From Candidatus Multivorans sp. (GTDB lineage: Bacteria; Acidobacteriota; Thermoanaerobaculia; Multivoradales; Multivoraceae), in NCBI GenBank assembly GCA_965247095.1, contig OZ251997.1, forward strand, positions 2,560,001-2,624,000: a DNA stretch of 64,000 bases, given 5' to 3'. Below, piece by piece: positions 1-8,760 of the stretch. Position numbers and translations under genes: made by a program. Within the stretch, counting starts at the first letter, position 1; each line of letters begins with the position of its first letter. Below the pieces are notes generated by a model. That model did not search any database. It was not told the DNA's origin and saw nothing but the letters and a program-made list of their open reading frames with translations.

Positions 1-1091
1 CCCATCTCCGCCAACTCGGCCGGGTCGCGGGCGAGCGCGTCGCGGAGGGTTGCGGCGAGGGTTTCCGACCCCGTCTCGATGCACCAGCCGGCGTCCTGGG
101 TCGCAAGCGTGCTCCACGGGGTGGCGCGCGTGGTGATGACGGGCGTGCCCGCGGCCAGCGCTTCGGCGACGGTCACCCCGAAGCTCTCGGAGTGCGACGG
201 AAGGACGTAGAGATCGGCGCCGCGGTAGGCGTCCCACTTGGCGGCGCCGCGCAGCTCGCCGGCGAAGCGAACCCGTTCCGCGCCTCGCTCGGCCGCTCGG
301 CGCCGGAGCATGTCCGCGTAACCGCTGCTGCCCCGGCCGTCGATGTCGTTGCCGACGATCGCCAGCCGCCACGCGGGAAACCGGTCCTGCACGAGGCGCC
401 ACGCGTCGATGAGTGCGTCCGCGCCTTTCACCGGGTGCAGACGAGCCAGGAACAACAGGGTCCTGGCCTCGCCACGCGGCTTCGGCGCCGGGGCCAGGGA
501 CGGCAGATCGATGCCGTTCGGAATGACGGCGACGGGTTGGCGAAACCCGAGCCGGCGCACGTCCTCGTACTCCTGTTCCGCGGTGGCGTGAAAGCAGGCC
601 GCCCGCTTCAGGGCGGGCCGCTGCAGGGCGGCCCAGAACAGCAGCTTGGTAGCGGAGTGATGGCGCATCGCCCACGCTGACAGCGAGCCCCGGGGCGAGA
701 CGATCAGCGTCGCGCCGCCCTTGCGCGCGGCCCAGGCCGGATACACGACGCTCATCCGCCAAAGGCCGTGGGCGTGCAGGATGGCGGCGCGCCCGGGGCG
801 CGCCCGCGCATTGAGCCACCGCCTCAGCGCGGGCGAACTGCCCAGCAGGAGCGGTCCGCGTCCTGGCGCGAACTGGCGCAGGAAAGCCGGCGGCGGCCGG
901 TCCGGGTCGGCGTCGGGCGTGGCAACGACGGCGTCGGCGCCGGCCGCGATCATCGACTCGCACAGGCGGACCACCGTGTAGGACGGCCCGCTCGACTCCC
1001 GAGCCACAGAAGGCGTCACGTGGACGACCGTCGGCGCCGGCGCCGCGTCGCACAACGGCGGACGACGCGCCCGATCGGGGAACCCGTTCAA
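1..1091 (-). CDS. Glycosyltransferase family 4 (3' end runs off the window)
   Basis: Manual minus-strand translation gives VVHVTPSVARESSGPSYTVVRLC and LPSHSESFGVTVAEALAAGTPVITT (GT-B ExFG..E motif). TTG start at 1091 is tentative. Confidence 0.85.
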   Translation of the reverse strand, partial: MNGFPDRARRPPLCDAAPAPTVVHVTPSVARESSGPSYTVVRLCESMIAAGADAVVATPDADPDRPPPAFLRQFAPGRGPLLLGSSPALRRWLNARARPGRAAILHAHGLWRMSVVYPAWAARKGGATLIVSPRGSLSAWAMRHHSATKLLFWAALQRPALKRAACFHATAEQEYEDVRRLGFRQPVAVIPNGIDLPSLAPAPKPRGEARTLLFLARLHPVKGADALIDAWRLVQDRFPAWRLAIVGNDIDGRGSSGYADMLRRRAAERGAERVRFAGELRGAAKWDAYRGADLYVLPSHSESFGVTVAEALAAGTPVITTRATPWSTLATQDAGWCIETGSETLAATLRDALARDPAELAEM

Positions 1092-1101
1092 CTCGATTCG
1101 T

Positions 1102-2370
1102 TCAGCCCGCCACCAACTCGCGCGACGGCCGGCCGCCCGCCGCGAGCTGCAAGCTGTCGAGCGCCTGCAACAGCCCCTCGCCGTGCGCCAGGCGCTGGTT
1201 CGCGCGACCGATGCGCAGGGACGCCCGCGACATCGCCTCGCGCCGCTCGCGGGAGTCCAGGATCCGGGCCAGCGCCGACGCGAGCGCCTCCACGTCGCCG
1301 CACCGATACACGTAGCCGTTCAGGCCGGACCTCACGTCGTCGGTGGACCCGTGGTTGCCGCAACGATGCGAGAGGACGACGGGCAACCCCGCGTAGACGG
1401 CTTCGCTGACCGCGAGCGGGTGCGGGTCGATCTCGGAGCAGTGGACGTACACGTCGGCCGCACAGTAGTAGTGCGCCAGGGTTCGCGGTTGGACGAAGCC
1501 GGCGAAGACCACGCCGCCGGGGCCGCGCGCCCGCGCCAGGCGCCGCAGACGCGGCTCCTCGGCGCCCGACCCCGCCAGGATCACGGTCACGTCGTCGCGC
1601 GCCGCTCGAACGCGGTTCGAGAAGGCGACCAGGTCCCGCTGCCGCTTTCTCGACACGAGCTTGCCGGCCATCAGGACCACGTGGTGGTGGCCGGGAATGC
1701 CGTGCCGGCCGCGTATGGCGGCGCGTTGCTCTTCACGGTTCTCGAGGGCCTGTTCCGCCGAACCGGTGTCGATGGAGAACGGGGAGCGGATGAACCGCTC
1801 GCCCGCCACGCGATAGCGGCGCAGGTAGGCTTCGTTCGCGTCGCCGATCGTCAGGAACCGGTCGACTCCTCGCAGGAGAACCGGCAGCACGAGTGCCTTG
1901 GCTGCCCGCCTGGCCCAACTTCGCCTGTGCCGGAGTTCGGAATCCGTGATCATGACGACAGGCACGCCCTGGCCCCGGGCCCACCGGGCGGCCCGTCGCT
2001 GCAGGCGCTGCGTGTAGCCGTAGACCACGACGCAGTGCGGCCGGAAACCGGCGAGCCGCTCCTCCACCGCCGCCACGTCGAGGGTCGCCGTCACGGGCCG
2101 GTCGTCGGCGCCGGGCAGGAACTCGTGCGGGAAGTCGAGCGTCAGACCCTGCCACCGGACGCTCGCGGCGAAACCCGCGTCATGGTACGGTTCAAGGCCC
2201 TGTCGCGACGCAAAGAAGACTCGGAGGTTTATGCCGTCAAGCCGTGCCCAGCTTGAGTACTGCGGGCAGAAATGCTGAATGGGGTGACTGACGACGAGGG
2301 CCAGCCTGACCGGCTGGCCCTCTGCGCCGGCAGCCGGCACCGTCAACGCGCCTGCTGAAGGCTGCTCCAT
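1102..2370 (-). CDS. Glycosyltransferase family 4
   Basis: RLALVVSHPIQH N-terminus, GKLVSRK, DPHPLAVSEAVYAGLPVV. Start taken as MEQPS. Confidence 0.85.
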   Translation of the reverse strand: MEQPSAGALTVPAAGAEGQPVRLALVVSHPIQHFCPQYSSWARLDGINLRVFFASRQGLEPYHDAGFAASVRWQGLTLDFPHEFLPGADDRPVTATLDVAAVEERLAGFRPHCVVVYGYTQRLQRRAARWARGQGVPVVMITDSELRHRRSWARRAAKALVLPVLLRGVDRFLTIGDANEAYLRRYRVAGERFIRSPFSIDTGSAEQALENREEQRAAIRGRHGIPGHHHVVLMAGKLVSRKRQRDLVAFSNRVRAARDDVTVILAGSGAEEPRLRRLARARGPGGVVFAGFVQPRTLAHYYCAADVYVHCSEIDPHPLAVSEAVYAGLPVVLSHRCGNHGSTDDVRSGLNGYVYRCGDVEALASALARILDSRERREAMSRASLRIGRANQRLAHGEGLLQALDSLQLAAGGRPSRELVAG

Positions 2371-2422
2371 GAGGCCGATCATACGGCAGTCCATCCATGG
2401 GGGCAGCACTGGCGGTCGACTC

Positions 2423-4654
2423 GTGAGGCAGGTGGTCTTCTCTCGCCGGAACGGCAAAGTGCGGCTGGCGGACGCGCCCGTGCCGGCCTGCCCGCCCGGC
2501 GGCGTACTGGTCCGCACGCGCTGCAGCGTGGTGTCGTCCGGCACGGAACGGCAGGTGCTGGAGCTGGCGCGCAAGAGTCTCCCCGGCAAAGCGACGGCGC
2601 GCCCCGACCTGGTGCGGCAGGTGCTCGGCAAGGTGCGTACCGAGGGGATCGCCGCGACGGTGGAGAAGGCCCGGGCGACCCTCGACGAGGTGCTCCCCCT
2701 GGGCTACTCGGCCGCCGGCGAGGTGGTCGAGGCGGGAGCGAAGGCTGGCGGTCTGCGGCCTGGCGATCGCGTCGCGGTGGCGGGAGCAGGCCATGCCACC
2801 CACGCCGAGTTCAACGCCGTTCCCCGCAACCTGTGCGCGAGAGTCCCCGCGGGGGTCTCGTACGCGGACGGCGCATTCGCCACGGTCGGCGCCATCGCGA
2901 TGCAAGGCGTCCGGCAAGCCCAGCCCAAGATCGGCGAGCGGGTCGCGGTGATCGGCCTGGGGCTGATCGGTCTGCTGACGGCGCAGATTCTGAAGGCCAA
3001 CGGTTGCGCGGTGCTGGGCGTCGACCCTGACGGCGAGCGGGTGGCTCTGGCCCGCCGTCTGGGGGTCGACATCGCGGTCGTCGAGGGAGGCGTCGCGGCG
3101 TGCGAAGAGCTCACGGGCGGTCGCGGCGCCGACGCCGTCATCATCGCTGCCGCCACGCCAAGCGCCGAGCCGGTCTCGAGCGCGGCGGAGATGTCGCGCC
3201 GTGGGGGGCGGGTGGTCGTAGTGGGCCTGGTCGGGCTGAACGTGCCGCGCGAACCGTTCTACCGCAAGGAACTCGACCTGCGCCTGTCCACTTCCGCCGG
3301 TCCGGGCCGCTACGACCCGGTCTACGAGGAACAGGGACAGGACTACCCGTTCGCCCACGTGCGCTTCACCGAGCAGCGCAACATGGAGAGTTTCCTCTAC
3401 CTGGCCGAACAGGGCCGGGTAACGCCCGCGGCGCTGGTGACGCACCGGCTGCCCATCGCCGACGCGCTCGACGCCTACGACGTGCTCGAGGGCAAGCAGC
3501 CGGAGGCGGCGTCGGGACGAGCGCTCGGCATCCTGCTGGAGTACCCCGACGACGCCGCCCTGGACCGGACGGTACGCCTCGACGCCGCAGGGGGGAGGAG
3601 GAGGGGCGCCGCCCTGGGCGAGGAGGCAGCCGCGGGCGTCGGCGGCGGCGACCTCCGGGTGGGGATCTTCGGGGCCGGGCGGTTCGCGCGCGGCGTCCTG
3701 CTGCCACACTTGGCGAAGAAGCCCGGCGTGCGCCTGGCCGGGGTGTGTACCCGCAGCGGTCGCAGCGCGCTCGACGCGGCCGAACGCTTCGGCTGTGCAG
3801 TCGCCACCAGCGATCCGGCGCGGCTGCTCGCCGACCCCGGCGTCGACGCGGTGGTTGTCGCCACCAACCATGCCAGCCACGCGCAGTTGGCGGCGGCGGC
3901 ACTGCGGGCCGGCAAGCACGTGTTCGTCGAGAAGCCGTTGTGCATCTCGGAGGCCGAGCTCGACGAGGTCGAGCAGGCCCTGGCCGACGCCCGCGAGGCC
4001 GGGAGCAAGCCCTGTCTGACGGTCGGTTTCAACCGCCGCTTCTCCCCGCATGCCCGAGCGCTGCGAACCTCTCTCGCCACCGGGTCCCCGGGCGGAGGAG
4101 CGAGCCTGCCCCGGTTCGTCGCCTACCGGGTCAACACGGGCCCGGTTCCGGCCGGGAGTTGGCTGATCGACCCCCGCGAAGGCGGCCGCGTCGTCGGCGA
4201 GGCGTGCCATTTCGTCGACTTCTGCGGCGCGCTGATCGACGCCGACCCCGTGGAGGTGACGGCCGCCGGCATCGCTTCGGGCGGGCCCGACGACGCGGCG
4301 GTCGACACCGCGGTCGTCACCGTGCGCTACGCCGGCGGATCGCTGGCGACGATCCAGTACGTGACGGTCGGCCACCCGAACCTGGCGAAGGAGCGGTGCG
4401 AGGCGTTCGCGGGCGGCCGGACCGCCGTCCTGGACGATTTCCGCGTCACGAAATGCCATGGCGGCGGCCAGAACCTGCGCGGCCGGCAGGCGAAGGGACA
4501 TGCCGAGGCGTTGGACGCGTTCGTCGACGCCTGCCGGGATGGCGGCGCCTGGCCGATTCCTTGGCGGAGTCTCGTCGCCACCCACCGGGTGTGCTTCGCC
4601 GCCGTCCGCAGTCTCCGCACCGGCCGCCCGGTCGCCGTGGACCTGCCGTCATGA
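2423..4654 (+). CDS. Bi-domain oxidoreductase (Zn-binding ADH-like + Gfo/Idh/MocA), sugar-nucleotide pathway
   Basis: SSGTE, PLGYSAAG and GLGLIG in the N-half; GAGRFA, HVFVEKP, VGFNRRF and GEACHFVD in the C-half. GTG start at 2423. Confidence 0.85.
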   Translation: MRQVVFSRRNGKVRLADAPVPACPPGGVLVRTRCSVVSSGTERQVLELARKSLPGKATARPDLVRQVLGKVRTEGIAATVEKARATLDEVLPLGYSAAGEVVEAGAKAGGLRPGDRVAVAGAGHATHAEFNAVPRNLCARVPAGVSYADGAFATVGAIAMQGVRQAQPKIGERVAVIGLGLIGLLTAQILKANGCAVLGVDPDGERVALARRLGVDIAVVEGGVAACEELTGGRGADAVIIAAATPSAEPVSSAAEMSRRGGRVVVVGLVGLNVPREPFYRKELDLRLSTSAGPGRYDPVYEEQGQDYPFAHVRFTEQRNMESFLYLAEQGRVTPAALVTHRLPIADALDAYDVLEGKQPEAASGRALGILLEYPDDAALDRTVRLDAAGGRRRGAALGEEAAAGVGGGDLRVGIFGAGRFARGVLLPHLAKKPGVRLAGVCTRSGRSALDAAERFGCAVATSDPARLLADPGVDAVVVATNHASHAQLAAAALRAGKHVFVEKPLCISEAELDEVEQALADAREAGSKPCLTVGFNRRFSPHARALRTSLATGSPGGGASLPRFVAYRVNTGPVPAGSWLIDPREGGRVVGEACHFVDFCGALIDADPVEVTAAGIASGGPDDAAVDTAVVTVRYAGGSLATIQYVTVGHPNLAKERCEAFAGGRTAVLDDFRVTKCHGGGQNLRGRQAKGHAEALDAFVDACRDGGAWPIPWRSLVATHRVCFAAVRSLRTGRPVAVDLPS

Positions 4655-6354
4655 ACGGCCGCCGGCCTGTACCTGCGAAGGGGCCGGTCGACCGTGGCTG
4701 GCCTGCCAGCGCGGCTCGGTTCCTGCGGACGATCCGCCACCTCCGCGCGCGCCAGATCGCGCATCAGGCCCTGCACCGGCTCCGCGCTCGATTTTCGGTC
4801 CCGCCGCTCCCGCCCTCTCCGAAGGGCGCCTGCCGGCCGGCGCCCTGCCGGCCGTCGGCGGACGGCCTGCCGCCGCCCGCCGCGGTCGATCAACCGGCCA
4901 TCGGCAAAGGAGTCCTGGCGTTTCAGAACCGGCCCGCCAACGTGGGCTTCCCGCCCGATTGGAACCGCACCGACCAGCCCCTGCACTGGCTCTACCACCT
5001 GCACTACCACGACTACCTGTGGGAACTGTCCTTCGAGCAGGCGAGTGCGGTCGCCAGCCATTGGATGGCCCACCATCCGCCCGGTCCGGCCCGCACCGGG
5101 TGGGACCCCCATCCGACGTCGCTCCGGCTCACGAACTGGTGCGCGCTGTTCCTGGGACGCCACCGCGACAGGACCCTTGCCGAACCCGCGTTCCGGGACG
5201 CGCTGTGGGCGAGCGTCCACCGGCAGGCGACGCACCTCACGCGCAACCTGGAGTGGCGGCTGCTCGGCAACCACCTGCTCGAGAACGCGGCGGCCCTGGC
5301 CCTGACCGGGAGCTGCTTCGACCATGCCGACGCGGACCGCTGGCTCAAGGCGGGCCGGAGGCTCCTGGCGCGGGAGCTGCGGGAACAGATGCTGGCGGAC
5401 GGAGGGCACATCGAACGCTCGCCGATGTACCAGTGCCGGGTTCTCTGGGTGCTGCTGCTCCTGCGCGCCGCCGGGCGGCCGGCACTCCGGGAGCTGGTGC
5501 ACCCGTACCTGGCCCCCGCGGCCGAGGCGCTGGCCGCCCTGACCCATCCCGACGGCGGCATCGCCCTGCTGAACGACAGCGCGCTTGGCGTCTACCCCGC
5601 GCCGGAGGTTCTGGTGCGGGCGGCCGGGTCGGAACCGGCCCCGGACGGTCCGTTCGCGCTCGCCGAGACCGGCTACTACGGCGCTCGCACCGCCGCCGGC
5701 GACTACATCGTCTGCGACGCCGGGCCGCTCGGCCCGGACTACCAGCCGGGGCACGGCCACGCCGATCTGTTCTCGTTCGAACTGGATTCGCGGGGCGCCC
5801 GGGTCGTCGTCGACAGCGGCGTGTCCAGCTACGAGGCGGGCGCGGTGCGCGACTACTGCCGGTCGACGCGGGCCCACAACACGGTCGAGGTCGCCGGAAG
5901 CGATTCCGCCGAAATGTGGGCCGCCTTCCGGGTGGGGCGGCGCTGCCGGCCCCGCGGCGTGCGCTGGACGGCGGGCGCCGACTGCTTCGAGCTGTCCGGC
6001 CGGCACGACGGCTACCGGCATCTTCCGGGCCGGCCGGCGCACGCACGGACCTTCCGCTGGCAAATCGGTTCGAGGCTCGACATCGTGGACCGGGTGGTCG
6101 CCTCGCGCCCCGTCCGCTCGGTCGCCCGACTGCATTTCCATCCGCACTGCCGCCTCGGCAAGCCGCGCGGCGGCGCCTGCGCGGTTTCGTTTCCGGGCGG
6201 GAGTGCTCGCCTGTCCTGGTCGGGCTGGGAGGCGGTCGGGGACGAGGCGTCCTGGTACTGCCCCGAGTTCGGAGTCGAGCGGCCCAATCCGTGTCTGGCG
6301 TTCTCGATCACCGCGGCCGCCATGCGGGCATCGATCCGCATCGAGGGCGTCTGA
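4651..6354 (+). CDS. Heparinase II/III family protein
   Basis: WLYHLHYHDYL, LGNHLLEN, DGGHIERSPMY, GHGHADLFSFEL, RSTRAHNTV. ATGA overlap with the upstream gene. Confidence 0.85.
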   Translation: MNGRRPVPAKGPVDRGWPASAARFLRTIRHLRARQIAHQALHRLRARFSVPPLPPSPKGACRPAPCRPSADGLPPPAAVDQPAIGKGVLAFQNRPANVGFPPDWNRTDQPLHWLYHLHYHDYLWELSFEQASAVASHWMAHHPPGPARTGWDPHPTSLRLTNWCALFLGRHRDRTLAEPAFRDALWASVHRQATHLTRNLEWRLLGNHLLENAAALALTGSCFDHADADRWLKAGRRLLARELREQMLADGGHIERSPMYQCRVLWVLLLLRAAGRPALRELVHPYLAPAAEALAALTHPDGGIALLNDSALGVYPAPEVLVRAAGSEPAPDGPFALAETGYYGARTAAGDYIVCDAGPLGPDYQPGHGHADLFSFELDSRGARVVVDSGVSSYEAGAVRDYCRSTRAHNTVEVAGSDSAEMWAAFRVGRRCRPRGVRWTAGADCFELSGRHDGYRHLPGRPAHARTFRWQIGSRLDIVDRVVASRPVRSVARLHFHPHCRLGKPRGGACAVSFPGGSARLSWSGWEAVGDEASWYCPEFGVERPNPCLAFSITAAAMRASIRIEGV

Positions 6355-7601
6355 TGCGCATCCTGTTCTTCTCCCACTACTTCCCGCCGGAGAGCAACGT
6401 GCCGGCCATCCGTACGCACGCGCATTGCAGGCGCTGGGCCGCGGCCGGCCACGACGTCGCCGTCGTCACCTGCGTGCCGAATCACCCGCGGGGCGCCGTC
6501 TATCCCGGCTACCGGCGCCGGTTCCGGCAGGTCGAGACAGTGGACGGCATCCGCGTCGTGCGGGTCCCCACGCACCTGGCCGCCAACGCCGGCGTCGTGA
6601 GGCGCGGGCTGAGCTGGCTGTCGTATCTGGCGGCGGCGGCCACGTTCGGTCTCCTCGAACCTCGCCCGGACGTCGTCATCGCCACATCGCCGCAGTTCTT
6701 CTGCGGCTGGGCGGGCGTGCTCGTCGCGGCTCTTCGACGCCGGCCCCTGCTGCTGGAGATCCGCGACCTCTGGCCAGCCTCGATCACCGCCGTCGGCGGC
6801 CTGCGGAACAGGGCCATGCTGTGGCTGATCGCGCGGCTGGAGCGACGCATGTACGCGGCGGCGCGGCACATCGTAACGGTCGGAGACGGCTATCGGCTCG
6901 CCTTGACGGAGCGGGGCGTCGACCCGGCGCGAGTCTCGGTGGTGACGAACGGCGTCGACACCGCGGTCTTCCGCCCGCGGCAGCCGGACGCGCGGCGACG
7001 GGAGCGGCTCGGCGTGGGCGACCGCTTCGTGGTCGTCTGGTGCGGCACCATCGGCCTGGCTCACGGCCTGGACGTCGTGTTGCGGGCCGCCGCCCGGCTG
7101 GCCGAGCGCGCCCGGCGCGACATCGTGTTCCTGCTGGTCGGCGACGGGGCCCGGCTGGACGCGTTGCGCGCCGCGGTGGCCGACCGGGGCTTGGACAACG
7201 TGATCTTCGCGGGGCAGATGGACCACGGCGAGATTCCGGACCTGCTGGCGGACGCGGATGCGTTCCTGGTGCATCTGCGGGCGGCGCCCCTCTTCGCTAC
7301 CGTCCTGCCCTCGAAGATCTTCGAGGGCGCGGCGATGGGGCTGCCCCTGATCGCCGGTCTCGATGGGTTCGCCCGGCGTCTCGTCGACGAGGCGGGGTGC
7401 GGCCGCTGCTTCGCGCCTGAGGACGACGCCGAGCTGGCCGAGACCGTTCTGCAGCTTGCCGACGACTCGTCGCTCCGTCGCCGCCTCGGGGCGGCGGGCC
7501 GCGCACTGGTGCAGCGCGACTTCGACCGCGACGCGCTTGCCGCGCGGTACCTCGCCATTATCGAGCGGACGGCGGGGCCGGAGGCGACGCTCAATGCGTG
7601 A
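6354..7601 (+). CDS. Glycosyltransferase family 4 (WbuB-like)
   Basis: MRILFFSHYFPPE, ATSPQFF, EIRDLWP, LPSKIFE. Confidence 0.88.
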   Translation: MRILFFSHYFPPESNVPAIRTHAHCRRWAAAGHDVAVVTCVPNHPRGAVYPGYRRRFRQVETVDGIRVVRVPTHLAANAGVVRRGLSWLSYLAAAATFGLLEPRPDVVIATSPQFFCGWAGVLVAALRRRPLLLEIRDLWPASITAVGGLRNRAMLWLIARLERRMYAAARHIVTVGDGYRLALTERGVDPARVSVVTNGVDTAVFRPRQPDARRRERLGVGDRFVVVWCGTIGLAHGLDVVLRAAARLAERARRDIVFLLVGDGARLDALRAAVADRGLDNVIFAGQMDHGEIPDLLADADAFLVHLRAAPLFATVLPSKIFEGAAMGLPLIAGLDGFARRLVDEAGCGRCFAPEDDAELAETVLQLADDSSLRRRLGAAGRALVQRDFDRDALAARYLAIIERTAGPEATLNA

Positions 7602-8760
7602 CCGGCCGTGGCGCGTCGTGCACGTGGTCGGGGCGCGGCCCAACTTCATCAAGATGGCGCCGCTCCTGGCCGCGTGCCGCGCCGCGTCGTCCATCGAGCC
7701 GTTGCTGGTCCACACCGGCCAGCACTACGACGACGCGATGAGCCGCTCCTTCTTCCGCGACCTGGACATTCCGCAACCCGAGATCGAACTGGGCGTGGGG
7801 CCGGGCAGCCACGCACGGCAGACGGCCGGCATCATGACCGCGTTCGAGGAGTCGCTGGCCGGACTCAGCCGCCGCCCCGACGCGGTGCTGGTGGTCGGCG
7901 ACGTCAACAGCACCGTTGCCTGCGGGCTGGTGGCCGCCAAGCTCGGCGTCCCGCTCGTCCACGTCGAGGCCGGACTGCGCAGCCGCGACCGTTCCATGCC
8001 CGAAGAGATCAACCGCATCGTCACCGACGCCATCAGCGATCTGCTGTTCTGCACCGAGCAGGCGGGCGTCGACAACCTGCTCCGCGAAGGGGTAGACTCC
8101 GACCGGGTGTTCATGGTCGGCAACCTCCTGGTGGATGCGCTGCTACGCTACCGCCCACGGTGGGCCGCGTCGCCGATTCTGGACACGCAAGGGCTCGGGG
8201 CGCGCCGCTACGCCGTGCTTACCCTTCACCGGCCGGCAAATGTGGACGATCCCCAAATGCTGGCCCGCCTGCTCGACGCTATCGAACGCATCTCGCGGGA
8301 TCTGCCCGTCGTCCTCCCCGCGCATCCGCGGCTGCGGCAGGCATTCGAGCGGTTCGGCGTGGACGACCGGGTCGCGGGAATGCGGGGAGTGCGGGTGACC
8401 CGGCCGCTCGGCTACCTCGACTTCGTGAAGCTGATGGCCGAAGCCTTGGTCTGCCTGACCGACTCGGGCGGCGTCCAGGAGGAGGCGACGGTGCTGGGCG
8501 TACCGTGCCTGACCCTGCGCGAGAACACCGAGCGGCCGGTGACGGTGGAGACCGGCGTCAACCGCATCGTCGGACGCGATCCGGACCGGATCGTGGAGGG
8601 GTACCTTGAGGCGGCGTCGATGCCGCGGCCGCGCCCCTGCGCGCCCCGGTTCTGGGACGGCCGGGCGGCGGAGCGCATCGTGTCGGTCCTGGAAGCCCGG
8701 TTGGCCGGCGTCGGGAATCCCCAAGGGAACCCAAGGGAGGTCGCGTGTCGGTCCTGCTGA
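7594..8760 (+). CDS. wecB: UDP-N-acetylglucosamine 2-epimerase (non-hydrolysing)
   Basis: VVGARPNFIK, HTGQHYD, GDVNST, HVEAGLRS, PEEINR, TDSGGVQEE, TERP. Confidence 0.93.
   Translation: MRDRPWRVVHVVGARPNFIKMAPLLAACRAASSIEPLLVHTGQHYDDAMSRSFFRDLDIPQPEIELGVGPGSHARQTAGIMTAFEESLAGLSRRPDAVLVVGDVNSTVACGLVAAKLGVPLVHVEAGLRSRDRSMPEEINRIVTDAISDLLFCTEQAGVDNLLREGVDSDRVFMVGNLLVDALLRYRPRWAASPILDTQGLGARRYAVLTLHRPANVDDPQMLARLLDAIERISRDLPVVLPAHPRLRQAFERFGVDDRVAGMRGVRVTRPLGYLDFVKLMAEALVCLTDSGGVQEEATVLGVPCLTLRENTERPVTVETGVNRIVGRDPDRIVEGYLEAASMPRPRPCAPRFWDGRAAERIVSVLEARLAGVGNPQGNPREVACRSC

Noticed and set aside
2237-4585. Long antisense and alternate-frame ORFs (for example 2237-4585, 17967-20369, 44783-47692, 47521-49728)
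   Set aside because: They are shadows of real genes in a high-GC genome, Arg/Gly/Pro-rich and without motifs.
3100-7601. Apparent 1084-aa and 1047-aa fusion ORFs
   Set aside because: The N-terminal extensions overlap upstream genes in another frame. Real starts at 4651 and 6354 show stop/start coupling.
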